Below the pieces are notes generated by a model, which saw only the letters and a list, made by a program, of their open reading frames with translations, had not been told where the DNA came from and ran no database searches. The position numbers and the translations under genes are program-made. 24,733 bases of DNA, taken from assembly GCA_041686025.1 (NCBI GenBank), contig JAWLEP010000030.1, positions 1-24,733 on the forward strand. Direction: 5' to 3'. The DNA comes from Candidatus Fermentibacteraceae bacterium. GTDB lineage: Bacteria; Fermentibacterota; Fermentibacteria; Fermentibacterales; JCC-6. The number at the start of each line of letters is the position of its first letter. The stretch's first letter is position 1. This document shows, in pieces, positions 1 to 10,145 of this stretch.

Positions 1-599
1 AGGTCGCTGAGGGTGACGCTCCAGTCGTAGCCCTCCTCGCCGACGGTGACCTCCCACTTTGTGTAGGTGTCCTCGTCCTCGTCGATCACCTGCATGTCGT
101 AGGTGCCGGGGTCGACCATGACGGTTACACTCTGGTCGCCTCCCAGCATGTACTCGGCCCCCAGGCGCTCCTCGCCCCACTCCGGCTCGGATGAGGGGTC
201 GATTCGCACGCCGTAGATGTCCCAGCCGCCCAGGTCGTTGGTGAAGGTGACGGGAGCGGAGCCCTGGCCCACGGTGTAGTCCTCGGGGACGGGCATGAGG
301 CCCACCTCGCCGCTGCCGGTGCCGTCCATGTCGGCCAGCGTGACCTCCCACTCGTAGCCGCTGTTGCCGACCTCGATCTCCCACCTGGTGTAGGTGTCGC
401 CGTCCTCGTCCTCCAACTTCATGTCGTAGGTGCCGGCGTCGACCCAGACGGTGATCTCGTCGCCGGGCTGGAGTATGTCCGAGCCCAGCCTGTCATCGCC
501 CCAGGGGGCGCTGGAGGGGTCCACGTACACGAAGTAGATGTCCCAGCTGCCCAGGCCGTTGACAATGGTGACGGGCGCGCTGCCCTCACCGGTCTCGTA
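1..599 (-). repeat. Intragenic tandem domain duplication (copy 1 ~324-599, copy 2 ~1-278)
   Basis: Both copies share G.GSAPVT..N.LG.WDIY.V..DPSS, WG..RLG, VD.GTYDM...DED.DTYT.WE..VG..GY.W.VTL.D. Confidence 0.85.
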
Positions 600-1106
600 G
601 GACTGGCCCTCGCCGGTGGCTCCCGTTCCGAGGCCGCCGAAGTCGCCCGCCAGTATGTCGTCAACTGTTATGCCGCTTCCCTCCAGGCCCTCTTCAATGC
701 CCTCGCGGAGCAGGCCCTCCAGGTCGGCGCGCCAGGCCTCGCCCTCCTTGAGGAAGGTCAGCGTCTCCGTGCCGGTGTCGAGGGTGGCCACGTCTCCCTC
801 GATGGTTACGCTCTCGATGTTCCTGTCGAACTCGGCGAATCCCTCGCCCACCAGGAACTCGTCCAGCATGTCTCCGCCGCCCTCGTAGACGCCGATCTCC
901 ATGTCGGTCATGGCGGCCGCCAGCTGGTCCATGAAGTCCTGGGTGTTCTCGCTGAGCAGGTCGAACGCGGCATGTCCGTCCTGCTCCTCCAGGGCGTCTA
1001 CCAGCTGATTGTAGGAGTCCTCCACCGCCTTCTGATCCGCCGGCTTCCCGCAGGAAACCACCAGCATCAGGGCAGACAGGACAACCAGTGCTCTGCCGAT
1101 GCGCAT
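1..1106 (-). CDS. Lipoprotein of unknown function (3' end runs off window): N-terminal alpha/beta domain plus at least two tandem ~90-aa beta-rich repeats
   Basis: Hand translation from ATG at 1106 (upstream GGAGGAGAGGGA) gives MRIGRALVVLSALMLVVSC-GKP (lipobox), open to position 1. Repeats: GEGSAPVTIVNGLGSWDIYFVYVDPSSAPWGDDRLG...GTYDMKLEDEDGDTYTRWE and GQGSAPVTFTNDLGGWDIYGVRIDPSSEPEWGEERLG...GTYDMQVIDEDEDTYTKWE. Absent from the ORF track because there is no stop codon in the window. Confidence 0.85.
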   Translation of the reverse strand, partial: MRIGRALVVLSALMLVVSCGKPADQKAVEDSYNQLVDALEEQDGHAAFDLLSENTQDFMDQLAAAMTDMEIGVYEGGGDMLDEFLVGEGFAEFDRNIESVTIEGDVATLDTGTETLTFLKEGEAWRADLEGLLREGIEEGLEGSGITVDDILAGDFGGLGTGATGEGQSYETGEGSAPVTIVNGLGSWDIYFVYVDPSSAPWGDDRLGSDILQPGDEITVWVDAGTYDMKLEDEDGDTYTRWEIEVGNSGYEWEVTLADMDGTGSGEVGLMPVPEDYTVGQGSAPVTFTNDLGGWDIYGVRIDPSSEPEWGEERLGAEYMLGGDQSVTVMVDPGTYDMQVIDEDEDTYTKWEVTVGEEGYDWSVTLSD

Positions 1107-1215
1107 TCCCTCTCCTCCCATCGGATGGCTAGCCATATTACGACCCCTCTGTGAGGCGTTCGAACGTAGATACGCCCGCTCCGTCGCCGCTGTCAACGCC
1201 GGGAGGTAGCAATCG

Positions 1216-2259
1216 GTGACCATGATGGTTATGATCCCGCTGACACAGGCCATCGCAGGAGGGAGGCAAGGCTTGCGGCTCGATCTCAGGGAGCATCTCA
1301 GGGGCGGAGAGCTGGATGCCGTCACCCGGATACCGCCCCGCAAGTGCATGGACGAGGACCTGCCGGCCCTGCTGCACGAGATGGGATCGCAGGGGATGCC
1401 CCTTTCCGCCCTCATGGTGGACATAGACAACTTCAAGAAGTTCAACGACAACTGGGGCCACGAGGTGGGCGACATGGTGCTCCTGCACGTGGCCCAGCAG
1501 ATCCGGAGGGTGGTCTCCTTCCGGGGAGAGGCCTACCGATACGGGGGCGAGGAGATCACCGTGCTTCTGCCCAACACCTCTCCGGAAGAGGCGATATGTA
1601 CCGCGGAGAGGATATGCCGCGACATACGGATGAGCCGGGTGGAGGTGCCCAGGGACATCCTTCCGAACATGCAGGGAAGTGAGGGGGAATCTTCGGAGAG
1701 GGCCTCCGCGGCGGCAACGGACGCCTCCGGCGACGAAGCCGACGGGACGGAACGGGCCGAAAAGGCCGGTTCGTCCACCATCTCCCTGGGGGTGACCATA
1801 TCCCTGGGGGTCAGCGGATATCCCATGGTGGGCGGGGACGAGCTGCTGGTAACCGCCGACCACGCTCTGCTGCAGGCCAAGCGCAACGGCAAGGACCAGG
1901 CCTGGCTCTACAGCCGGGAGAAGGGCGAGGACTGGCGGCCCAACGTCTACGACATAGACGTGAAGTTCCCCGGTAACACCGCCATCAGGGAGGGCAGCTT
2001 CATCCTCCTGACCAAGTGGTTCAGCCACCGCAACGATCCCCGCGACCTGGAGGCCAGGGCGATCTCGGACCCCGGACAGAAGGCCCGGGAGATGGTGGAA
2101 GACGCTCCCACGCCGCCGGGGGGCCTGGTGACCTCGGAGATCCGGGGAAAGGTGAAGGAAGTGGAGAGAAGGCAGAAGGTCACCTACTTCACCCTGGAGG
2201 TCGAGGAGGAGGTGCTGGAGCTGGTTCTGGCCGGCCTGGGAATCGAGCTGAGCAGCTGA
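1216..2259 (+). CDS. GGDEF-domain protein (putative diguanylate cyclase) with C-terminal domain of unknown type
   Basis: Motifs DAVTR, LMVDIDNFKKFNDNWGHEVGD, RYGGEEI, TISLGVS and ADHALLQAKRNGKD; RBS GGGAGG at 1201-1206 before GTG 1216. Confidence 0.9.
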   Translation: MTMMVMIPLTQAIAGGRQGLRLDLREHLRGGELDAVTRIPPRKCMDEDLPALLHEMGSQGMPLSALMVDIDNFKKFNDNWGHEVGDMVLLHVAQQIRRVVSFRGEAYRYGGEEITVLLPNTSPEEAICTAERICRDIRMSRVEVPRDILPNMQGSEGESSERASAAATDASGDEADGTERAEKAGSSTISLGVTISLGVSGYPMVGGDELLVTADHALLQAKRNGKDQAWLYSREKGEDWRPNVYDIDVKFPGNTAIREGSFILLTKWFSHRNDPRDLEARAISDPGQKAREMVEDAPTPPGGLVTSEIRGKVKEVERRQKVTYFTLEVEEEVLELVLAGLGIELSS

Positions 2260-3704
2260 TGACCGTCCTGGCCTGCCGCTGGCTGTGGACGGGCAGCGAA
2301 GAGGCTCCCCTGGAGAACGTCCGGCTGCAGCTGCGCGACGGCAGGATCTCCGAGATCTCCCCCGGCTCCGGGGGAGAGCACTTTGTTATGCCGGCGTTCG
2401 TGGACGCCCACTGTCACTTCACGCAGATGGCGCGCTTCGCCGCGGCCCTGGACCTTTCCGGTGCCGGCTGCGCGGCCGACGTGCTGGCCGCCGTTGCCCG
2501 AAGCGCATCCGGGGGCGAGGGCATCATCCACGGAGAGCGCTTCGACGAGAGCGGCTGGAGCGACCCCCGCCTGCCCACCCCCGACCAGCTGGACGCCGCC
2601 GCAGGGGGGAGGCCGGTCTTCCTCAGAAGGGTCTGCTGCCACATGGCCGTGATGAGCAACGCCATGATGGACCTCTACGAAGAAGGCGCGCCGGGGATCG
2701 ACAGGGACACGGGGGTTGCCGTGGAGGGGCCTGTGCTGGAGTTCGACAGGCGGTTTGCGCCCTCCGGGGAGGACCTGGCCGCCTCGCTGAGGTACGCGGC
2801 GGCGGAGGCAGGCGCCGCCGGGGTCACCGGGGTGTGCACCATGGAGAGGCTGGAGGACGCCCGCAGGCTGCGGGACACGGACCTGGGCCTGGACGTATCC
2901 TCCGCCGTTCTGGCCGGGGACCTGGACCGGCTGGAGGCCGACGAGGGGATGATGGGCGTCAAGTGCTTTCTTGACGGTTCGGTTGGGGCCCGCACCGCTG
3001 CCATGGAGGCGCCCTGGACGTCGGGAGAAGAGCCTGCAGAGCTGCTCTACGAGGACCGGGAGCTCACCGGGCTGCTTGTCCGCGCATGGAGGCTGGGGCT
3101 GCCACCGGTGATGCACGCCATAGGCGGACGGGCGGTGAGACAGGCCGCGCGCTGCAGCCGGGAGGCCGTGAAGACGGCGGAAGTGCCCGAGAGGCTGGCC
3201 TGGGCCAGGCTGGAGCACGCCGAGGAGCTCGGTGAGGAGGCCATGTCCGAGCTGGACCCCTCGCTGCACCGGGTGTGCGCCCAGCCCAACTTCGTGTCGG
3301 CCTGGCAGCACCCCGGCGGGCTCTACGCAAAGCGGCTGGGCTGGGATGCCGCCCGGGCCATGAACCCTTTCGCCCGGCTGCTTGAGCGGGGAGTCGGCCT
3401 GGGCTTCGGCAGCGACGGCATGCCCTTCGGCCCCCTGGCGGGGCTGGACGGTGCCGTGCGGCACCCCCACCCCCGCGGCCGACTCACCGTGGGGCAGGCG
3501 CTGCGGGCGTACACGCTGGACGCCGCCGCCGTCTCCGGGATGGAGGGGCTGGCGCGGCCCCTGGAGGCCGGAAGAAGGGCGGACCTGGCAGTGCTGTCCG
3601 ACAGCCCCTTCCGCAGAGGCGGCTTCTCGGGTATAGAGGTGGTGGCGGCCTACAGGAGGGGCCGCCAGGTGGCGGGCGGCGGAAGGGGGCCGATGGCATC
3701 ATGA
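2259..3704 (+). CDS. Metal-dependent amidohydrolase, YtcJ/Amidohydro_3-like
   Basis: PAFVDAHCH (HxH), KCFLDGSVGARTAA, HAIG, RLEHAE, FGSDG, ALRAYTLDAA, GRRADLAVL. True start is ATG 2259, overlapping the GGDEF stop (TGATG); the ORF-track extension to 2016 is spurious. Confidence 0.88.
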   Translation: MTVLACRWLWTGSEEAPLENVRLQLRDGRISEISPGSGGEHFVMPAFVDAHCHFTQMARFAAALDLSGAGCAADVLAAVARSASGGEGIIHGERFDESGWSDPRLPTPDQLDAAAGGRPVFLRRVCCHMAVMSNAMMDLYEEGAPGIDRDTGVAVEGPVLEFDRRFAPSGEDLAASLRYAAAEAGAAGVTGVCTMERLEDARRLRDTDLGLDVSSAVLAGDLDRLEADEGMMGVKCFLDGSVGARTAAMEAPWTSGEEPAELLYEDRELTGLLVRAWRLGLPPVMHAIGGRAVRQAARCSREAVKTAEVPERLAWARLEHAEELGEEAMSELDPSLHRVCAQPNFVSAWQHPGGLYAKRLGWDAARAMNPFARLLERGVGLGFGSDGMPFGPLAGLDGAVRHPHPRGRLTVGQALRAYTLDAAAVSGMEGLARPLEAGRRADLAVLSDSPFRRGGFSGIEVVAAYRRGRQVAGGGRGPMAS

Positions 3705-4585
3705 GCACCGCGGCCAGGGTCGACTGGAAGAGCTTCGAGAGCGTGGCCGACCTGCTGATCAGGGCGGGCCTGGAGGAGGACTGCGTGGACCGGGACTCGG
3801 CCACGGCGGCCCTGGGAGAGCTGGGAGACAGGGAGATGACCTGCCGGGTAGTGGCCCGGGAGGAGCTGGTCCTGGCCGGCTGGCGGGCGGTGGAGATGGT
3901 GTTCGAGATACTGGGCCGGGCCCATGCCGGCAGGGAGGCCGACGACGGCGACATGGTGCGGGCCGGTACGGTTCTGGGAAGGGTCACCGGGTCGGCCGCG
4001 GTGATACTCCACGGCGAGAGGCTGGCCCTGAACCTCCTCTGCGGCATGTGCGGCGTGGCCACCCTCACCCGCCGCTTCGCCGACGCGGTGAAGGGCACCG
4101 GCGCGGAGATACTGGACACCAGGAAGACCGCTCCCGCCCACCGGGCCCTGCAGCGCCACGCCGTACGGGCGGGGGGCGGAAGGAACCACCGGTTCGACCT
4201 CTGCGACATGGCCATGCTGAAGGACAACCATCTGGCGGCGGCCGGAGGGGAGGAGAACCTGGACATGCTGGTCCGGGCGGTGAGGGCCCGGGGCTCTCGA
4301 GTGGAGGTGGAGGTGGACAGCCTCGCCCAGCTGGAGAGGGTGCTGCCCATGCTCCCCGACAGGATACTGCTGGACAACATGGGCCCCGAGACACTGACCC
4401 GGGCGGTGGAGATGGCCGCGGGCAGCGGCTGCTACCTCGAGGCCTCCGGCGGGGTCACCCTGGAGAACGTCCGCTCGCTGGCGGAGACCGGCGTGGACGG
4501 CATCTCCGTGGGCGCCCTCACCCACTCGGCGCCGGCGTCGGACATCGGAATGGACTGGGAGGATTATGAGTCGCCTGGTTCTTGA
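3701..4585 (+). CDS. nadC: Quinolinate phosphoribosyltransferase (nicotinate-nucleotide diphosphorylase, carboxylating)
   Basis: ERLALN, DTRKT, NHRFDL..MLKDNH, EVEVDS, ILLDNM, EASGGVTLEN, SVGALTHS; ATGA overlap with upstream gene. Confidence 0.95.
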   Translation: MSTAARVDWKSFESVADLLIRAGLEEDCVDRDSATAALGELGDREMTCRVVAREELVLAGWRAVEMVFEILGRAHAGREADDGDMVRAGTVLGRVTGSAAVILHGERLALNLLCGMCGVATLTRRFADAVKGTGAEILDTRKTAPAHRALQRHAVRAGGGRNHRFDLCDMAMLKDNHLAAAGGEENLDMLVRAVRARGSRVEVEVDSLAQLERVLPMLPDRILLDNMGPETLTRAVEMAAGSGCYLEASGGVTLENVRSLAETGVDGISVGALTHSAPASDIGMDWEDYESPGS

Positions 4586-5339
4586 CATAGGCAACACCAG
4601 GACCGTGATGGGCCTGCTGCGCGAAGGCGAGCTCCTGGCCCAGTGGCGGGTGGCCACCAGCCACTGGACGGCGGACGAGCTCTGGGTGCTGGTGCGCAAC
4701 CTCCTGGAGCTGCCGGAGAGGACCCCGCCCGACGCGGTGGCCTTCGCCAGCGTGGTTCCCCAGGTGCGGCACTCCGTCTACGGGCTGTGCGGGCGGTACC
4801 TGGACCTGGAGCCGGTGGAGGTGAGCCCCGCCACGGCGGGAATAGGGATCGGATACCTGTTCCCCCACGAGCTGGGGCCGGACAGGCTGGCCAACGCCGC
4901 CGGAGCCCTGCTGCTGGACTCCGCGCCGGCCATAGTGGCGGACTTCGGCACCGCCACCACCTTCGACGTGATAGACGCCGCGGGGAGGTACGCGGGGGGA
5001 GCCATCGCCCCGGGAGTGGGGACCTCGGCGGCGGACATGTTCAAGAAGGCCGAGAGGCTCAATCCCGTGGACCTGGAGTTTCCGGACTCGCCCCTGGGGA
5101 GGACCACGGCGCAGGCCATCCGGTCGGGGGTGCTCAACAGCGCCGTGGGCGCCGCAGACCACATGGTGCGGCTGCTGGCGGAGTGCGTGGAGGGCGAGCC
5201 CGTGCTCTGGGCCACCGGGGGCTGGGCCCGGGGAATAGGCCCCCGCTGCTCGGTGGGCTTCCGGGTGTGTCCGGAGCTGACCCTGCTGGGCATCGACGAG
5301 ATAGGCAGAAGGAACTCGCCGAAGGGAGGACCACATTGA
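4566..5339 (+). CDS. coaX: Type III pantothenate kinase
   Basis: LDIGNT, ASVVP, LGPDR, DFGTATTFD, GGAIAPG, ATGG, LTLLG. Confidence 0.95.
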   Translation: MSRLVLDIGNTRTVMGLLREGELLAQWRVATSHWTADELWVLVRNLLELPERTPPDAVAFASVVPQVRHSVYGLCGRYLDLEPVEVSPATAGIGIGYLFPHELGPDRLANAAGALLLDSAPAIVADFGTATTFDVIDAAGRYAGGAIAPGVGTSAADMFKKAERLNPVDLEFPDSPLGRTTAQAIRSGVLNSAVGAADHMVRLLAECVEGEPVLWATGGWARGIGPRCSVGFRVCPELTLLGIDEIGRRNSPKGGPH

Positions 5340-5883
5340 TCCGCCGGGTGCTGCTGGGAGTGACGGGAAGCGCCGCGGCCTTCAAGGGAGTGGCGCTTGC
5401 ATCTACCCTTACAAAGAAGGGTTACAAGGTAGACTCGGTACTCACTCCATCCGGGGCGAAGTTCGTGGGCCCCGCCCAGCTCGCATCCGTCACCGGCCGC
5501 AGGGTATGGACGGAGATGTTCGGCGACCCCGCCGACCACATGCCCCACATAACCCTGTCGGAGGCCGCCGACGTACTGGTGGTGGCCCCGGCCACGGCCG
5601 ACATCATGGCCCGGATGGCCTGCGGCCTGGCCGACGGCCTGCTGTCTGCGCTGGCCCTGGCTTTCACCGGCCCGGTGGTGCTGGCCCCCTCCATGAACGA
5701 GAGGATGTGGGAGAGCCCGGCCACCGGGGAAAACGTGGCCAGGCTGCGCGACCGCGGGGTGGTATTCGCGGGGCCCGTGGAGGGCCGGCTGGCCTGCGGC
5801 ACCGCGGGTGCGGGGAGGATGATGGAGCCCGATGAGGTGGCGGAGGTAGTGGAGCGGGAGCTTCGGAGGCTGGAGGGACAGCG

Positions 5884-5887
<4 letters not shown>
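5336..5887 (+). CDS. coaC: Stand-alone phosphopantothenoylcysteine decarboxylase (HFCD flavoprotein; CoaC domain only)
   Basis: TTG start at 5336 (RBS GGGAGG 5324-5329, TTGA overlap with coaX stop). Motifs LLGVTGSAAAFK, HITLS, VVAPATAD, PSMNERMW, LACGTAGAGRM. Ends after ~183 aa with no CoaB domain. Confidence 0.88.
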
Positions 5888-6921
<1,034 letters not shown>

Positions 6922-7055
6922 GCGTACTTTCAAAACTTGTAGCAGCCTTGTCACCAATCCGGGAGGGAAGACCCGGCCGGGAGCGTTGCCGGGGCAGATG
7001 GCAGGGCGGGCACTTAGCCGAAGGCTGAAACCGATTTCCAGAGGAGGGCCCCGTT

Positions 7056-8915
7056 TTGGGTAGGGCGATCGGAATAGACCTTGGAACCACGAACTCGTGC
7101 ATGGCCGTTGCAGACGGCGGCGAGATTGTAGTCATACCCTCCGGCGAGGGGCCGCGGGTGATGCCCTCTGTGGTCGCCTTCACCTCCAAAGGAGAGCGGC
7201 TGGTGGGCCTGGTGGCCAAGCGTCAGGCCATCACCAACCCCAGAAACACCATCTACAGCGTCAAAAGGCTGATGGGCCGACATTTCGGGGAGGTGGAGGA
7301 GGAGCGCAAGAACGTCTCCTACGAGATAAAGGCCAACGACAAGGACGACGCGGTCATACGCATCTTCGACCGCCTGTACACCCCCCAGGAGATCTCGGCC
7401 ATCATACTGCAGCGGCTGAAGGCAAGGGCCGAGGAGTACCTGGGCGAGGAGGTCACCGACGCGGTGATAACCGTGCCCGCCTACTTCAACGAGATGCAGC
7501 GGGAGGCCACCAAGACCGCCGGCCGCATCGCCGGCTTCAACGTCAAGCGGGTGCTGAACGAGCCCACGGCGGCGGCCCTGGCCTTCATGGAGCCCACCGA
7601 GCGCAAACGCCTGGCCGTCTACGACTTCGGCGGAGGCACGTTCGACATCAGCATCCTCCAGGTGGTTAACGGCATCTTCGAGGTAAAGGCCACCAGCGGG
7701 AACACCCACCTGGGCGGAGACGACTTCGACGCCAGGATAGTGCGATGGATCCTGGGGGAGTTCAAGCGGGAGGAGGAGGTGGACCTCTCCGATGACCCGG
7801 TGGCCCTTCAGCGGGTGCGGGAGGCGGCCGAGAGGGCGAAGTGCGAGCTCTCCAGCGCCCTGGAGGCCAACATCAACCTCCCCTTCATCGCCTCCGACGA
7901 GAGCGGGCCCAAGCACCTGGAGCTGTCCCTGACCCGGGGACTGCTGGAGAGCCTCATAGAGGATCTGGTGGAGCAGACCGAGGACCCCTGCCACGATGCC
8001 CTGGAGGAAGCGGGGATGGAGGCTGGGGACATCGACCACGTGATACTGGTGGGAGGTTCCACCAGGGTTCCCCTGGTGCGCAAGCAGGTGGAGAGAATAT
8101 TCGAGCAGAAGCCGGCCCACAGCGTCAACCCCGACGAGGTGGTGGGCATAGGCGCCGCGGTGGAGGCCTCGGTCCTCTCCGGCGAGCGCAAGGACCTGGT
8201 GCTCCTGGACGTGACCCCTCTCACGCTGGGCGTGGAGACGCTGGGGGGCGTGATGGCCCCCATCATCGAGAAGAACAGCCCCATCCCCATGAAGCGCAGC
8301 CGCATGTTCACCACGGCGGTGGACAACCAGCAGGTGGTGAGCATCCACGTGGTGCAGGGGGAGAGGGAGCTGGTGGAGGGAAACCGCAGCCTGGGACGTT
8401 TCGAGCTGGTGGGCATACCCCCGGCCAAGAGGGGCGTACCCAGGGTAGAGGTGGCCTTCGAGATAGACGCCAACGGACTGCTGAGCGTCTCCGCCAAAGA
8501 CGCCGTCACCGGCAGGGCGCAGAGCATGGAGGTCAATCCCAGCGGCGGGCTCAGCGAGAGCGAGATAAGCCAGCTGATGAAGGAGGCGGAGGTAAACGCC
8601 GAGAAGGACCGCAACCGCATGAAGCTGGTGGAGGCCCGCAACACCGCCGACCAGGTGATCTACGACGCCGAGAGGGTCCTGGAGAGCGCCCGCAGGCAGC
8701 TGGAGGAGGAATCCTACGAGGAGCTGAAGAACTCGCTGGCCTCGCTGCGGATGAACCGCGACGGCGAGAACCGGTCGAAGATAGCCAAGGACACCAGCAA
8801 GACCTCCGCCCTGGTCTCCCAGATATCCAAGCTGATAGACATCATGGACACCACGGGTGAAGAGGACACCGACGATGACGAGGTGGTGGTACTGGAGGAC
8901 GACTCGGAGAGCTGA
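7056..8915 (+). CDS. dnaK: Hsp70 chaperone DnaK (somewhat divergent)
   Basis: GIDLGTTNS, TVPAYFN, NEPTAAAL, DFGGGTFDIS, LGGDDFD, LVGGSTRVP, LLDVTPLTLG, DNQ, QGER, FEIDANG; TTG start with GAGGAGG RBS. Confidence 0.95.
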   Translation: MGRAIGIDLGTTNSCMAVADGGEIVVIPSGEGPRVMPSVVAFTSKGERLVGLVAKRQAITNPRNTIYSVKRLMGRHFGEVEEERKNVSYEIKANDKDDAVIRIFDRLYTPQEISAIILQRLKARAEEYLGEEVTDAVITVPAYFNEMQREATKTAGRIAGFNVKRVLNEPTAAALAFMEPTERKRLAVYDFGGGTFDISILQVVNGIFEVKATSGNTHLGGDDFDARIVRWILGEFKREEEVDLSDDPVALQRVREAAERAKCELSSALEANINLPFIASDESGPKHLELSLTRGLLESLIEDLVEQTEDPCHDALEEAGMEAGDIDHVILVGGSTRVPLVRKQVERIFEQKPAHSVNPDEVVGIGAAVEASVLSGERKDLVLLDVTPLTLGVETLGGVMAPIIEKNSPIPMKRSRMFTTAVDNQQVVSIHVVQGERELVEGNRSLGRFELVGIPPAKRGVPRVEVAFEIDANGLLSVSAKDAVTGRAQSMEVNPSGGLSESEISQLMKEAEVNAEKDRNRMKLVEARNTADQVIYDAERVLESARRQLEEESYEELKNSLASLRMNRDGENRSKIAKDTSKTSALVSQISKLIDIMDTTGEEDTDDDEVVVLEDDSES

Positions 8916-8941
8916 TCCCGGCCTGCCCGGATCGGCGGTGA

Positions 8942-10138
<1,197 letters not shown>

Positions 10139-10145
10139 GGGCGCC

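Noticed and set aside
1157..1174. CGTTCGAACG palindrome and LexA-box-like CGAAC-GTAG-ATACG in the divergent promoter region
   Set aside because: Short, with two mismatches in the right half-site, and the flanking genes are not SOS-type.
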